A stretch of DNA of 64,000 nucleotides from an uncultured virus (IMG/VR IMGVR_UViG_3300008113_000139) (lineage: Duplodnaviria; Heunggongvirae; Uroviricota; Caudoviricetes): IMG/VR virus record IMGVR_UViG_3300008113_000139; one strand, written 5' to 3'. Position 1 is the stretch's first letter; the number at the start of each line of letters is the position of its first letter. Of the stretch, positions 39,017 to 48,329 are shown in pieces. A model generated the notes under the pieces. It was not told the origin of the DNA and searched no databases. It worked only from the letters and a program-made list of their open reading frames with translations. Made by a program: the position numbers and the translations under genes.

Positions 39017-39379
39017 ATGTACTACATACACACATACGAGTCTTTCATAAATGAAGCGGAAGACATAGGTACGCAGAAAAGTGCCGCTCTCGATTTTGTC
39101 GAGAAAAAAGGAAAAGCTACATGGAAAGAAATACATTCTTTCTTGATGAAGAACAAAGGTTTTGATCCAGCTGAATACGGCAACCGAGGCAATATGTCTT
39201 CGTACTTTTCAGGCGGAGGTTATGCTATCATAGCAGCAGCCGATGCTAAGTCGGGCAGAAGTGGCAAAACACACGGGTTGTTGATGGTTCCTACAATGAA
39301 AGATCCAAGATATCTTGACAAACAAGAAGACGGAACTTACGTCGTTAAAGTATGGGACAAGAAAAGCAAACTTGTGTAA
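39017..39379 (+). CDS. Putative internal head protein (CTS-tagged), possible winged helix
   Basis: MYYIHTYESFINE; ALDFVEKKGKATWKEIHSFL. Confidence 0.6.
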   Translation: MYYIHTYESFINEAEDIGTQKSAALDFVEKKGKATWKEIHSFLMKNKGFDPAEYGNRGNMSSYFSGGGYAIIAAADAKSGRSGKTHGLLMVPTMKDPRYLDKQEDGTYVVKVWDKKSKLV

Positions 39380-39382
39380 AGA

Positions 39383-39913
39383 ATGAAATACGTCAAGACA
39401 TACGAGAACTTTTTGTATGAAGCCAAGCAAGTAGGCACTGTTTATCACTACACTACGATATTGGCGCTTCTCAAAATTCTTGATGATGACGTATTAGGAG
39501 ACAAGTCTTTAGGCAAGTACGCAAGAGTATCATTAACTCGAGACAAAAACTTTCAAAAGAGAACCCGGATCATACCTGCCGAATGTAGAATTACGATTGA
39601 TGGCAATAAGCTATCTAACCGCTATAAAGTTCAACCGTATCAATGGAATGCCTCTCATTTTAGCGGAAAGGCAGCCACTAAAGGCGGAGAAATTGAGGAC
39701 CAGATGGAAGAAGAGGTACAAGGTTACATTACGGGAATCACAAATTACATCCAAAAGATTGAACTGTTTGAACTTGAGTTGGATCCGCTCCCTTTTGATG
39801 AAGACTTTACATTAGAAGCAAGCAAGATAATCGACAAGCCGTCTGATGAAATTAACCAACAAGACATAGTTGACTTCATCAAAAGACACGTAAAAGACAC
39901 TAAAGTAATATGA
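39383..39913 (+). CDS. Tagged ADP-ribosyltransferase-like protein
   Basis: MKYVKTYENFLYE; ART-type triad VYHYT ... VSLTR ... QMEEEV. Confidence 0.55.
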   Translation: MKYVKTYENFLYEAKQVGTVYHYTTILALLKILDDDVLGDKSLGKYARVSLTRDKNFQKRTRIIPAECRITIDGNKLSNRYKVQPYQWNASHFSGKAATKGGEIEDQMEEEVQGYITGITNYIQKIELFELELDPLPFDEDFTLEASKIIDKPSDEINQQDIVDFIKRHVKDTKVI

Positions 39914-40449
39914 AGTACATAAAGACATTTGAAGACTATCAAGTCTCTGAAGGGTTTCGCTACCACATGGAGAACGGATTGGATATCACCAACTCGGTTT
40001 TTCGTATAGGAAGCGATGCTTACAAACAATTGTTCGAAGAGACCAAGAAATACTGGGATGAAGGCAACATCATCCTAAAAGACAAAGCCGCTTGGATGGC
40101 TAAGAATCTGGAAGTTGGCACTAAAGCTAAATTCAAGTCAGACGATGGCAAGATGCTCGATGTAGAGTTAGATACTCCAACTAGAGGTGGAGACAAAAAG
40201 TTCCAAGTATACCACAACAGCGGCAAGAAAGACGACGATGGCAACATCATCGCCTTCAAAATCGAATGGGGAGACACAAGTGGCCTAAGCATCAAGAACG
40301 ACGATCCAGCAGCTGCTGCTAGTTTTTGGGCAAGACAGCAATGTGACACCAAAGGAAGAATGGATCCATCGAAACCTGGTTTCTGGGCCTGCTACGCGCC
40401 TTCTCTGTTCGGCAAACAACTGGGTTTGAGCTCGGATCAGCCCTGGTAA
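39910..40449 (+). CDS. Tagged conserved phage protein (KKFQVY...SFWARQQCD...FWAC)
   Basis: MKYIKTFEDYQVSE; C-terminal motif recognisable from phage hypothetical families. Confidence 0.6.
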   Translation: MKYIKTFEDYQVSEGFRYHMENGLDITNSVFRIGSDAYKQLFEETKKYWDEGNIILKDKAAWMAKNLEVGTKAKFKSDDGKMLDVELDTPTRGGDKKFQVYHNSGKKDDDGNIIAFKIEWGDTSGLSIKNDDPAAAASFWARQQCDTKGRMDPSKPGFWACYAPSLFGKQLGLSSDQPW

Positions 40450-40464
40450 AAAAACACAATCATT

Positions 40465-40635
40465 ATGAAACTTACAAAAGAGCAATTCTTAGGAATCGTT
40501 AGACACACACTAACTTTCGTTGGCGGTATTCTCGTCATGAAAGGAATCGTCGACGACGCAGCATACGCAGAACTTTCTGGAGCTGTACTTACACTCGCAG
40601 GCGGACTATGGTCTGTTGTCGCTAAGAACAAATAA
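40465..40635 (+). CDS. Small two-TM membrane protein, putative holin
   Basis: Not in the ORF track; my translation MKLTKEQFLGIVRHTLTFVGGILVMKGIVDDAAYAELSGAVLTLAGGLWSVVAKNK. Confidence 0.65.
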   Translation: MKLTKEQFLGIVRHTLTFVGGILVMKGIVDDAAYAELSGAVLTLAGGLWSVVAKNK

Positions 40636-40654
40636 CTCTTGGCTATGAAATAAG

Positions 40655-40686
40655 AGGCCGGTTCGCAAGGACCGGCTTTTCTTTTT
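40655..40686 (+). terminator. Intrinsic terminator
   Basis: gccggttc-GCAA-ggaccggc stem with GNRA loop, then ttttcttttt. Confidence 0.8.
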
Positions 40687-40711
40687 GAGATAAATAAAAC
40701 AAACCCACCTT

Positions 40712-41299
40712 ATGAAAAGATTCTTACTTCCAATACTTTCGCTGGTCATTCTCGCCAGCTTCGTGCTTCCAAGCAGCCTCAGAGACAATGTTACCGTCAA
40801 GACTGACATGTACACAGTCGTCTACTCAGAAATCTTGGAACAGCCTAAGAGAGTCGAATACAACGTACAGTGCACAGAGACTAAGTTTTCCCGTGACGGT
40901 CTTGACTTCTATACATGTGACAGCATTAAGACTTCTGACAATGCCGACTACGCAAATAACGAATACGACAAAGGACACATGGCACCAGCTGCCGACTTTG
41001 CTTGTGACAAAGACAAACTTAAGAGAACTTTTTCGTATCTCAACTGTGCTCTACAACAAGAGAACTTAAACCGCGGAGTCTGGAGATTCTTAGAAGTCAG
41101 AGAAAGAAACCTCGCCAAAGTTGCTCCCACCAAAGTAGTAATCGAGGTACACTTTAGCAAATCTTCAAAGAAACTTCCTACGGGTGCCACCATACCTGAC
41201 GGATTCACCAAGACGATCACATCGGGAAACGTAAAGGAAGTCTACTACTTTCCAAACATTAAACCTATTAAGAAATCTTACAGTGACTACAAACTCTAA
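40712..41299 (+). CDS. DNA/RNA non-specific endonuclease (NucA/EndoG family) with signal peptide
   Basis: YDKGHMAPAAD, TFSYLNCALQ..LNRG.WRFLE, IPDGFTK; hydrophobic N-terminus. Confidence 0.88.
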   Translation: MKRFLLPILSLVILASFVLPSSLRDNVTVKTDMYTVVYSEILEQPKRVEYNVQCTETKFSRDGLDFYTCDSIKTSDNADYANNEYDKGHMAPAADFACDKDKLKRTFSYLNCALQQENLNRGVWRFLEVRERNLAKVAPTKVVIEVHFSKSSKKLPTGATIPDGFTKTITSGNVKEVYYFPNIKPIKKSYSDYKL

Positions 41300-41558
41300 C
41301 ACAAGACCGTTCGACGAAAGCCGTCTAAATGATATCATAATCAGGCGTTTCTTACCCACGGTTGATGAATCAGAGTTGAAGTGGCACTGGGACGAACAAG
41401 AAAGAATCATAGAACCCTTGAATCAAAACGATTGGATGTTCCAATTCGACAATGGACTTCCATTCCCAATTAGAGAAAAGATAAATATACCAGCCGGCGT
41501 TATACATCGAGTGATCAAAGGATCAACGGACCTGGTCATAAAAATTAAAATGATATGA
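41283..41558 (+). CDS. Small cupin-like protein
   Basis: WHWD.E.R and IPAGVIHRVIKG motifs. Confidence 0.7.
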   Translation: MTTNSNTRPFDESRLNDIIIRRFLPTVDESELKWHWDEQERIIEPLNQNDWMFQFDNGLPFPIREKINIPAGVIHRVIKGSTDLVIKIKMI

Positions 41559-41704
41559 AAAGAATACTTTTAGTCTTATGCGTTGCGATTCTTGCTTCGT
41601 GTGCAACTAAAAAGAAAGCCATGCAAAAGTGCGATTCTTACAGTTGCGTAAAGTGCGAACACAAAGAAAGCGCTAAATGCGATCACAAAAACAAATCAAA
41701 ATAA
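41555..41704 (+). CDS. Small Cys-rich lipoprotein
   Basis: Not in the ORF track; MKRILLVLCVAILAS|CATKKKAMQKCDSYSCVKCEHKESAKCDHKNKSK; ATGA and TAATG overlaps on both sides. Confidence 0.65.
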   Translation: MKRILLVLCVAILASCATKKKAMQKCDSYSCVKCEHKESAKCDHKNKSK

Positions 41705-42219
41705 TGGAAAACACATTCTTATCTTTTAACGCTTTCAAGAGCATCAACGAAAAAGATGAAAAAGGCAAAGAAGAAGCCAAAAAGAAAGAACCTGTAGAAC
41801 TTCCAAAGGAAGACAAGGTCGACACGTCTGGCGGTCAGTACAAAGAAATGAACATCAATGGCAAGGACTACATGGCCATTCTTTCTACTTTGACTGCAAT
41901 TGGCAGCAAGCAAGAAGCTATGGGAGAGAAGAAAGTTGGCATCGTATCATTGCCCGGTGACGAAAAAGTTTATGAACTTGTGCCCAAAGGCGAAGGCGGC
42001 GAAGAACAGTCCAACGAATCAGAAGCTAATGAAAGCACGGTAAACGAGGAATACGTTGAAGTAATGAATTTACCTGAACTTGCAAATGCATTGGGTAAAG
42101 TTGCTTTTCTTTGGAAAGAATGGAAAAACGGTCCTATGACCGAGCCCAGCGACATCAAACCCGCGCAAAAAGAATTAAAAGGTTGGATCGACCGTTGGTT
42201 CAAAGACAACATTAAATAA
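41704..42219 (+). CDS. Putative internal head protein (tagged, several xNE sites)
   Basis: MENTFLSFNAFKSINE; SNESEANESTVNEE linker. Confidence 0.6.
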   Translation: MENTFLSFNAFKSINEKDEKGKEEAKKKEPVELPKEDKVDTSGGQYKEMNINGKDYMAILSTLTAIGSKQEAMGEKKVGIVSLPGDEKVYELVPKGEGGEEQSNESEANESTVNEEYVEVMNLPELANALGKVAFLWKEWKNGPMTEPSDIKPAQKELKGWIDRWFKDNIK

Positions 42220-42220
42220 C

Positions 42221-42799
42221 ATGAAGCACGTCAAGACTTTTGAAAGCTTCATATTCGAAGCGGCCGGAAACGATGTAGTATTCTTTCCTGGTAGATTCCA
42301 GCCTTTTCACAAAGGTCATCTTGCCGCTCTTAAGAGAACAGCCGATGTTTTTGGAAAACCCGTCGTTGCCTTGCAGATCGTATCAGCCAACGAAGATTCT
42401 CCGTTTCCTGATTCTTTGCTCGCCAAGATGGCTAAAGACGTCGTTCGTTACAATTCTTTCATCAAGGATTTTCAGATCTATCCTCAAGGCAGAAAGACAG
42501 TGATTCCTTTGATGGTCCGATTCCTCAGAGAGGAAGGATATGAGCCTTACGGTCTTGGTGCCGGTGCGGATCGCATGAAAGACTATCAGCGCCAAGTTGA
42601 ATACATCACCGGTCCTAAGACCGACACTCCGGTAGATCCTTCGTTTTCTGTCAAACTCGTAGACACTCGAGAAGGAGACGGTCCCAGCGGTACCAAAGTT
42701 CGCCAGGCTCTTAAAGATGATGATCGCGCAGCTTTTAACGATCTGATGCCTAAAGAACTTCACAAGTACTTTGATGAACTCAAAAAATACATCAAGTAA
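42221..42799 (+). CDS. HIGH-superfamily cytidylyl/adenylyltransferase-like protein, tagged
   Basis: MKHVKTFESFIFE; FFPGRFQPFHKGH, GAGADR, SGTKVR. Confidence 0.85.
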   Translation: MKHVKTFESFIFEAAGNDVVFFPGRFQPFHKGHLAALKRTADVFGKPVVALQIVSANEDSPFPDSLLAKMAKDVVRYNSFIKDFQIYPQGRKTVIPLMVRFLREEGYEPYGLGAGADRMKDYQRQVEYITGPKTDTPVDPSFSVKLVDTREGDGPSGTKVRQALKDDDRAAFNDLMPKELHKYFDELKKYIK

Positions 42800-43680
42800 T
42801 GAAATACGTTAAACTATTTGAGCAGTTCGTCAACGAAAGCGGAAACGCAGTCGACAATGTTCGTCCTATCAAACAAGACGAAGTAATCGACACTGCCAAA
42901 TGGGTAGAGAAAGAAATCTTCCCACAGATCGGCCTGACTGCTCTTGAAGACGATGCTGCTGTGATAGGTTCAGCCGGCAAGAAATTGCCCGACCAAACAA
43001 GCGGAGACATCGACATTGCTGTTTCTGCCGACAAGATCGCAGGTTTTTTGGGAGTACCTGTCCAAAACACACTCTTTGCGTTGAACGACAAACTCAAATC
43101 ATTGGGCTACCAAACCAAAATGATGCCAGGTTTCAACCAAGTCAGCATCGCAGCACCCGTCGGAGGCTACGCTTCTCGCGGTTACGCACAGGTAGACTTT
43201 ATGATTTCTACCGACCTAAACTGGAGTCGATTCATATACCATTCGCCAGACTTTAGGACGGCCGAATCAAGGTACAAAGGAGCTTACCGCAACTTGTTGC
43301 TGATGGCAGCAATCGGCAAGTCATTCTTTGAAGTCACTAAGAAGACCGACGCTGGAGAGACCGCAGAGTTTCAAGCGTATGTGGTTCGTCTAAATCAAGG
43401 AATCGTCCAAGTAAGAAAATCTTTCGAAGGTAAGAAAGGACTTCTTAAGACGGCTGCTCTTCTCAAAGATTACGACAAGTTCGTGACGAACACACCCGAA
43501 GCAGTAGTAGAATTGCTTTTCAAAGGCAAGCACACACCTAAAGACATAGACACATACGAAAAGTTGAAAAGCTTGATCGATTCGACCGACTTCAAGTATC
43601 CTGGCGCAAGGTCTGACATCTACCAAGACTTCGAGCAAAAGCTGGAAGACGCAAAACTTCCGATGCCAGAAAACTTGTAG
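42799..43680 (+). CDS. Pol-beta-superfamily nucleotidyltransferase, tagged
   Basis: MKYVKLFEQFVNE; IGSAGKK...SGDIDIAV and third acidic motif QVDFM. Confidence 0.8.
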   Translation: MKYVKLFEQFVNESGNAVDNVRPIKQDEVIDTAKWVEKEIFPQIGLTALEDDAAVIGSAGKKLPDQTSGDIDIAVSADKIAGFLGVPVQNTLFALNDKLKSLGYQTKMMPGFNQVSIAAPVGGYASRGYAQVDFMISTDLNWSRFIYHSPDFRTAESRYKGAYRNLLLMAAIGKSFFEVTKKTDAGETAEFQAYVVRLNQGIVQVRKSFEGKKGLLKTAALLKDYDKFVTNTPEAVVELLFKGKHTPKDIDTYEKLKSLIDSTDFKYPGARSDIYQDFEQKLEDAKLPMPENL

Positions 43681-43687
43681 GACATAC

Positions 43688-44851
43688 ATGTCGAAATACG
43701 CAGGACACATACAGTCAGTCTTACCCGGAACGGGCGGTTACGGCACAGGGACCAACTCTTTGCGTCTAAATACATTTGATGTAGGAGCAGGTTGGAGAGA
43801 GTACGGACAGACTACAAACACAAACTATTGGTCAGTAGTCGACCCAACTTCATCGGGTGCATACCCAAATACTTTGGTCGGTCCTGTCGTCTATCAGTAC
43901 AAAGCAGCGCAAGGACCTTCGATCATCAGCATTTCGCCAACAGCCACCACCGGATCAAACTCGCCTTTCATGCAATTTACAAGAGCAATCTCCGGACAGA
44001 CCGCCGGACAGATGAGCAACTACGGCAGAGCTGTGGCGTGGTACCTGGGCAACACCGGGGCCACTCTGGTGACCAACGAATTTAAGTCTTTGCCTAAGAT
44101 CGAGGATGTGATATTTGCTTTTGATGTCGACCAGGCGATGTCGGTACCGCCAGCTACCGGAAATGTAAATTTTGTTGCCAATGTTTGCAGAGACATATCG
44201 CAATACGCCAACACATTACAACAGACTCTTGGCGGGTTGGGCGGAGGAAACGCTAGATACAAAGGATTTGGAACCGGGCTTACTTATGAGTATCTACCAT
44301 GGCACATTGACTGGAATGCGTCTGCTTTTGCATCTTCGGAGTTTACAACAGTGAACCTGGGTCCTGTCTTTTCCACCAACAAGATGACGATTAGCATCTG
44401 GGCGGCAAATACAGTGTCACCCGGCGAATCATACACAATCTTTCAATATATTGAAGCGGGTATCAACATTACTGTTTCTTATGTTTATGACCCAGGTCCT
44501 CCTCCGCTGAATCCCGTCATATACATAGGTTACAACAGTGGTACCGGAGGAGGTACCATTGAATACCAAGTAGACACAAGTTGGCACAACATAACGATCG
44601 TAAGAAATTCCAACAATATAACGGTTTACGAAGATGGACAGAATCGTGCCAGCGCATCGAATTTCGGCACTGATAATTTTGTAGGAGGCGGAACGATGGT
44701 CATAGGTGACAGTCTTGTCCAGGGTTACGGTCTTTCTTTGAATTCTGTTTATATGTGGAAAGATGATCTATCCGCCTACACTGTCCCTGGGACACCTTAC
44801 AACGGAGTCGATTTCTTTTACCAAGGATCCAAGGCATCTTTCGGATATTAA
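43688..44851 (+). CDS. LamG/concanavalin-A-like domain virion protein
   Basis: MTISIWA...WHNITIVRNSNNITVYEDG...IG pattern. Confidence 0.7.
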   Translation: MSKYAGHIQSVLPGTGGYGTGTNSLRLNTFDVGAGWREYGQTTNTNYWSVVDPTSSGAYPNTLVGPVVYQYKAAQGPSIISISPTATTGSNSPFMQFTRAISGQTAGQMSNYGRAVAWYLGNTGATLVTNEFKSLPKIEDVIFAFDVDQAMSVPPATGNVNFVANVCRDISQYANTLQQTLGGLGGGNARYKGFGTGLTYEYLPWHIDWNASAFASSEFTTVNLGPVFSTNKMTISIWAANTVSPGESYTIFQYIEAGINITVSYVYDPGPPPLNPVIYIGYNSGTGGGTIEYQVDTSWHNITIVRNSNNITVYEDGQNRASASNFGTDNFVGGGTMVIGDSLVQGYGLSLNSVYMWKDDLSAYTVPGTPYNGVDFFYQGSKASFGY

Positions 44852-44913
44852 GATTCTTCGGGCATGAATATATACAAAACAAGGTAAAGAAAACCACAAA
44901 AGCCGAAAAAGAA

Positions 44914-46680
44914 ATGGCAGGAATTAAAAGTATAAATAAAGTCCTATCTAAAGTTGGAGAGGACAAGTTGCGAGAATTACTTTCGCAAGAAGTTCGCGTC
45001 ACTGAGAAATTTGACGCTTTCAGATTCTCTTTCGAGAAACATCCCAAGACGTACAAGATCCAATACTACGGTAAGAACGGCAAGACTCCTCTGAGCCGCG
45101 TCGATCGTTCGATCAGCGACCTCTACGAAGCTGCTATTGAGTACATCGAGAACTTGCCGTACGATATCAAAAAATCTATACCCATTCGTCAGAGGTTTGG
45201 ATTCTCTTGGTTTCCTACCAAGACTCCTCTGATGACCGAGTACGAAAAGAGACCCAGGAACGGTCTTATCCTCACCGATATAACAGTTCGCAACAATAAG
45301 TTTGAGATAATCAACGAGGTCAAAGACAACTCTGTCTTTGAGAGATGGTCACAGATATTCAGAGTTGATTACGCAAAGCCGGTATTCGAAGGCAAGCTCA
45401 AAGAAGAGACTGTCGATGCACTGATAGAATCATGCAAAGAACCTTCTTTGGAGATGCTGAAAGAATCTGAGGTTTTTACACCAGGATTCTTAAATTTCGG
45501 AAGCGGAAACATAGAAGCTTTGGTTTTCGAATTCGAGGACGATCTAATCAAACTCGGAAAAGATTCCGAACCTTCCAACGAGTCTCGCAGCCACATGTTC
45601 GACATTCTACTGCTCAACATCTGTGAGCACTTAGAATCATTTACTATCAACGGTATCAAAGTAGCATCAGCAAACCCTGACGAAGGATACATTGAAGTAG
45701 TCTCTGAAGTTTTCAACGATTACGTTGCTAAGAAAGGCGTAGAGTTCTTGGAATCAGGTCTTAAGAAACCAGAGTTCCTAAACAAGTCGGGCAAACTATC
45801 GAAAAAGTGGATCCGCAACCCAAAGACACTCGCTATCTTAGAATCCAATCCTGCTTTTGAATATCTTTTTACGATATTCCTGGCAAACCTACGAAAGCCT
45901 AGATACAAAAGCGGGCTCATCAGTGAGAGCGTGGCACAGTCTTTTAACCAAAAGATCGAAGAAATCGACAAGATCTCTGGCAATGACTTCGGCTTCTTAG
46001 AGTTTTCGTCGATCGTTCGCGAAGACAAGCCTGAAGAATTGGTAGCCTCCAAGATACCTACCGCATCATCAAAAGTAGAGATCATGCAACCCGACTATGT
46101 TAAGGCTGTGACTCTGCTTACGAGATTCTTTAGTCCAGACAGAACCGAAGAATCGGGCAAGACACCCGCAAACATAATCATCACCAACATCAACGCCGTG
46201 ACCAACGATGCGATTGACGAAGCTGATCGCTTAAAGAAGCTCAATGGCAACAAAACGATATTGGTACACAGTAGGTCTCTACACGATCTTACGTATGGCG
46301 CCGACGAAAATAACACAGAAAGAATTCTCAATTCGATTCTAAATGACCACGCCGATCTTTTCATAGGTTACAAGATCGTGGATCGCCCGTTTTTTAGAAA
46401 GTTGCTCGACAGCTTGAGACCAGAATACGAGCCCGTCACCATCTACACAGAGCAAGGCTACGAGGATCTTAAGAACGAGCAAAGCGGTCTTTCTACAATT
46501 TATTCTCCAGGCATCACTAGATCAGTCGACGTACAAAAGTTACGCGTGAACCGCAGGTCTCAACTTCAAGACAGTTTAGAAAAAGACAGCTATAAAGATT
46601 TCCAAAAGATAACACCCGACTGCATGCATCCTTACTGGAAGCAGATGAAGGCAGCTTTTGACAAATACTACTATAACTGA
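44914..46680 (+). CDS. Fusion of a ligase-like domain (EKFDA) and a degenerate HIGH nucleotidyltransferase-like domain
   Basis: VTEKFDA, IEALVFE..LIK; C-terminal ~170 aa align by eye with the 42221 protein but lack the HxGH motif. Confidence 0.55.
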   Translation: MAGIKSINKVLSKVGEDKLRELLSQEVRVTEKFDAFRFSFEKHPKTYKIQYYGKNGKTPLSRVDRSISDLYEAAIEYIENLPYDIKKSIPIRQRFGFSWFPTKTPLMTEYEKRPRNGLILTDITVRNNKFEIINEVKDNSVFERWSQIFRVDYAKPVFEGKLKEETVDALIESCKEPSLEMLKESEVFTPGFLNFGSGNIEALVFEFEDDLIKLGKDSEPSNESRSHMFDILLLNICEHLESFTINGIKVASANPDEGYIEVVSEVFNDYVAKKGVEFLESGLKKPEFLNKSGKLSKKWIRNPKTLAILESNPAFEYLFTIFLANLRKPRYKSGLISESVAQSFNQKIEEIDKISGNDFGFLEFSSIVREDKPEELVASKIPTASSKVEIMQPDYVKAVTLLTRFFSPDRTEESGKTPANIIITNINAVTNDAIDEADRLKKLNGNKTILVHSRSLHDLTYGADENNTERILNSILNDHADLFIGYKIVDRPFFRKLLDSLRPEYEPVTIYTEQGYEDLKNEQSGLSTIYSPGITRSVDVQKLRVNRRSQLQDSLEKDSYKDFQKITPDCMHPYWKQMKAAFDKYYYN

Positions 46681-46718
46681 GAAAATATATACCAAGACAA
46701 AAATTAGTAAGTGCAATC

Positions 46719-47069
46719 ATGAGAGTCTATGAAAAATATACCCTTTCGTTCGATGAGTTCATCAATGAAGGAAAGGTGACTGTCAAGAGAAAGTACACAG
46801 ATAGGTATCCTAAGCATGAGGTGTCTTCAAAAGCTCCTATTCGTGAAAAGATATTGTCTTTCGTCAAGGAAGGCGGTAGAGTTTCTCACGAAGAGCTGAT
46901 GGAATTTATCTCGGGCATGAACGAAGAAAACGGCGGATCCACCAGCAGAAAGTGGGTGAACAAAAATACGCAGTACTTTCACATAACCGAAAAGAACGGA
47001 GTCAAGACTTATCGTCTGTCTGCTCTTGGCGAAAGAGTACATGCGGCAATACTTAAACAAGTTTCTTAA
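46719..47069 (+). CDS. Tagged winged-helix-like protein
   Basis: LSFDEFINE|G; REKILSFVKEGGRVSHEEL...YRLSALGERV. Confidence 0.55.
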   Translation: MRVYEKYTLSFDEFINEGKVTVKRKYTDRYPKHEVSSKAPIREKILSFVKEGGRVSHEELMEFISGMNEENGGSTSRKWVNKNTQYFHITEKNGVKTYRLSALGERVHAAILKQVS

Positions 47070-47078
47070 AAAGCAAAT

Positions 47079-47732
47079 ATGAAAAAACTAATACTATCCA
47101 TCCTCGCAGTCGGTTTATTGATCGGTTGCGGCAACGAATCAACCAACGCGCCCGAAAGAAGCGTTCTGAGAATTCACCAAGGCAAATTCGCTTTCTGCGG
47201 CGCATCTTCAGCAGTACCGACTGGCAAGAAGATAACGATCCAAGGAAAAGAATTCGATGAAGGATGTGCGATATGCCCAGTGCTTGACGGTCCTTCAATC
47301 TCTAACTTGGCAATGTATGGTTCAGGCGGGACTTGGGGCGAGTTCAATGTAGAAAACAATTTCCAAACTCCAGACGGATCGCAAAATACTATATGGTCTT
47401 TATTTTGGTACTACGATTCAACCACGACAATTCCTCAGTTCAATCCTGAGACCAAAAAATGGGAAATGATGGCTCCAGTGAATCGTGCTTTCACAATCGA
47501 CATGAGCGATCCTGCCACCAGCGAAAGCAATATGTTTGCGATGCCCGGCGTTATATTCGATACTACCGAGACGGGAATCGTACTTGCGAAAGTTTACGGT
47601 CCGTTGAACGAAGACGCTCTTCCTTTGAGAATCGCAATCCCTGTTAAAGACGGTGAAACATCTGTCACAGCCGCCAAGAAAGGCGCACCTTACCCAGTAG
47701 GTACTCCAATTCCAGTAGGAAAAAACAAATAA
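47079..47732 (+). CDS. Lipoprotein of unknown function
   Basis: Lipobox MKKLILSILAVGLLIG|C. Confidence 0.7.
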   Translation: MKKLILSILAVGLLIGCGNESTNAPERSVLRIHQGKFAFCGASSAVPTGKKITIQGKEFDEGCAICPVLDGPSISNLAMYGSGGTWGEFNVENNFQTPDGSQNTIWSLFWYYDSTTTIPQFNPETKKWEMMAPVNRAFTIDMSDPATSESNMFAMPGVIFDTTETGIVLAKVYGPLNEDALPLRIAIPVKDGETSVTAAKKGAPYPVGTPIPVGKNK

Positions 47733-47741
47733 AAGAATAAG

Positions 47742-48329
47742 ATGCCGTCAGTTTCAAAAGCACAACAAAGACTAATGGGTATGGCATACGCCTTGAAAAA
47801 AGGCGACATGCCAAGATCAGAAGCAAGTCAAGAAGTGCAGGACCTGGCAGACAGCATGACCTTAAAGCAACTCAAAGATTTCGCAGAAACATCTCACAAA
47901 GGACTCCCAGACAAAGTAGAAGAGTACAGTTTAGGTTCTTATTACACCGGATCTTTCTTTTGGTTTACTCAAGCAGGCCAAGCAGCAGTGCAAAAGATAT
48001 CAATGCTTGGAGACAAAACAGATCCTCTTGTCCAAAGATTTATTGACTTCATTACCAAGAAAAACACTGAAGACAATAAAAGAATCAACGAAGGTGATTA
48101 TGGTGCTGGTCTTGCAGCCAATCCTTCAAACGTTCCAGGTATGGGTAACGCAGTTCCCGCTACCTCGGATCAAACAGGTTCGGGAGACATCTTTGGTGCG
48201 GACGACGAGGACCCTAATCGCAAGGTCGGCATCATGAGCTACGAACAGTACAAAAAATGGGTACAAAAGTGGCAACAGCAACAAAAGGAAAAGGATCAAA
48301 AAGCGCAAGCATCGAAAAAAGAAAGCTAA
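47742..48329 (+). CDS. DUF3008-like protein
   Basis: MPSVSKAQQRLMGMAYALKKG...MTLKQLKDFAETSHKGLP; internal RINE|G. Confidence 0.65.
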   Translation: MPSVSKAQQRLMGMAYALKKGDMPRSEASQEVQDLADSMTLKQLKDFAETSHKGLPDKVEEYSLGSYYTGSFFWFTQAGQAAVQKISMLGDKTDPLVQRFIDFITKKNTEDNKRINEGDYGAGLAANPSNVPGMGNAVPATSDQTGSGDIFGADDEDPNRKVGIMSYEQYKKWVQKWQQQQKEKDQKAQASKKES

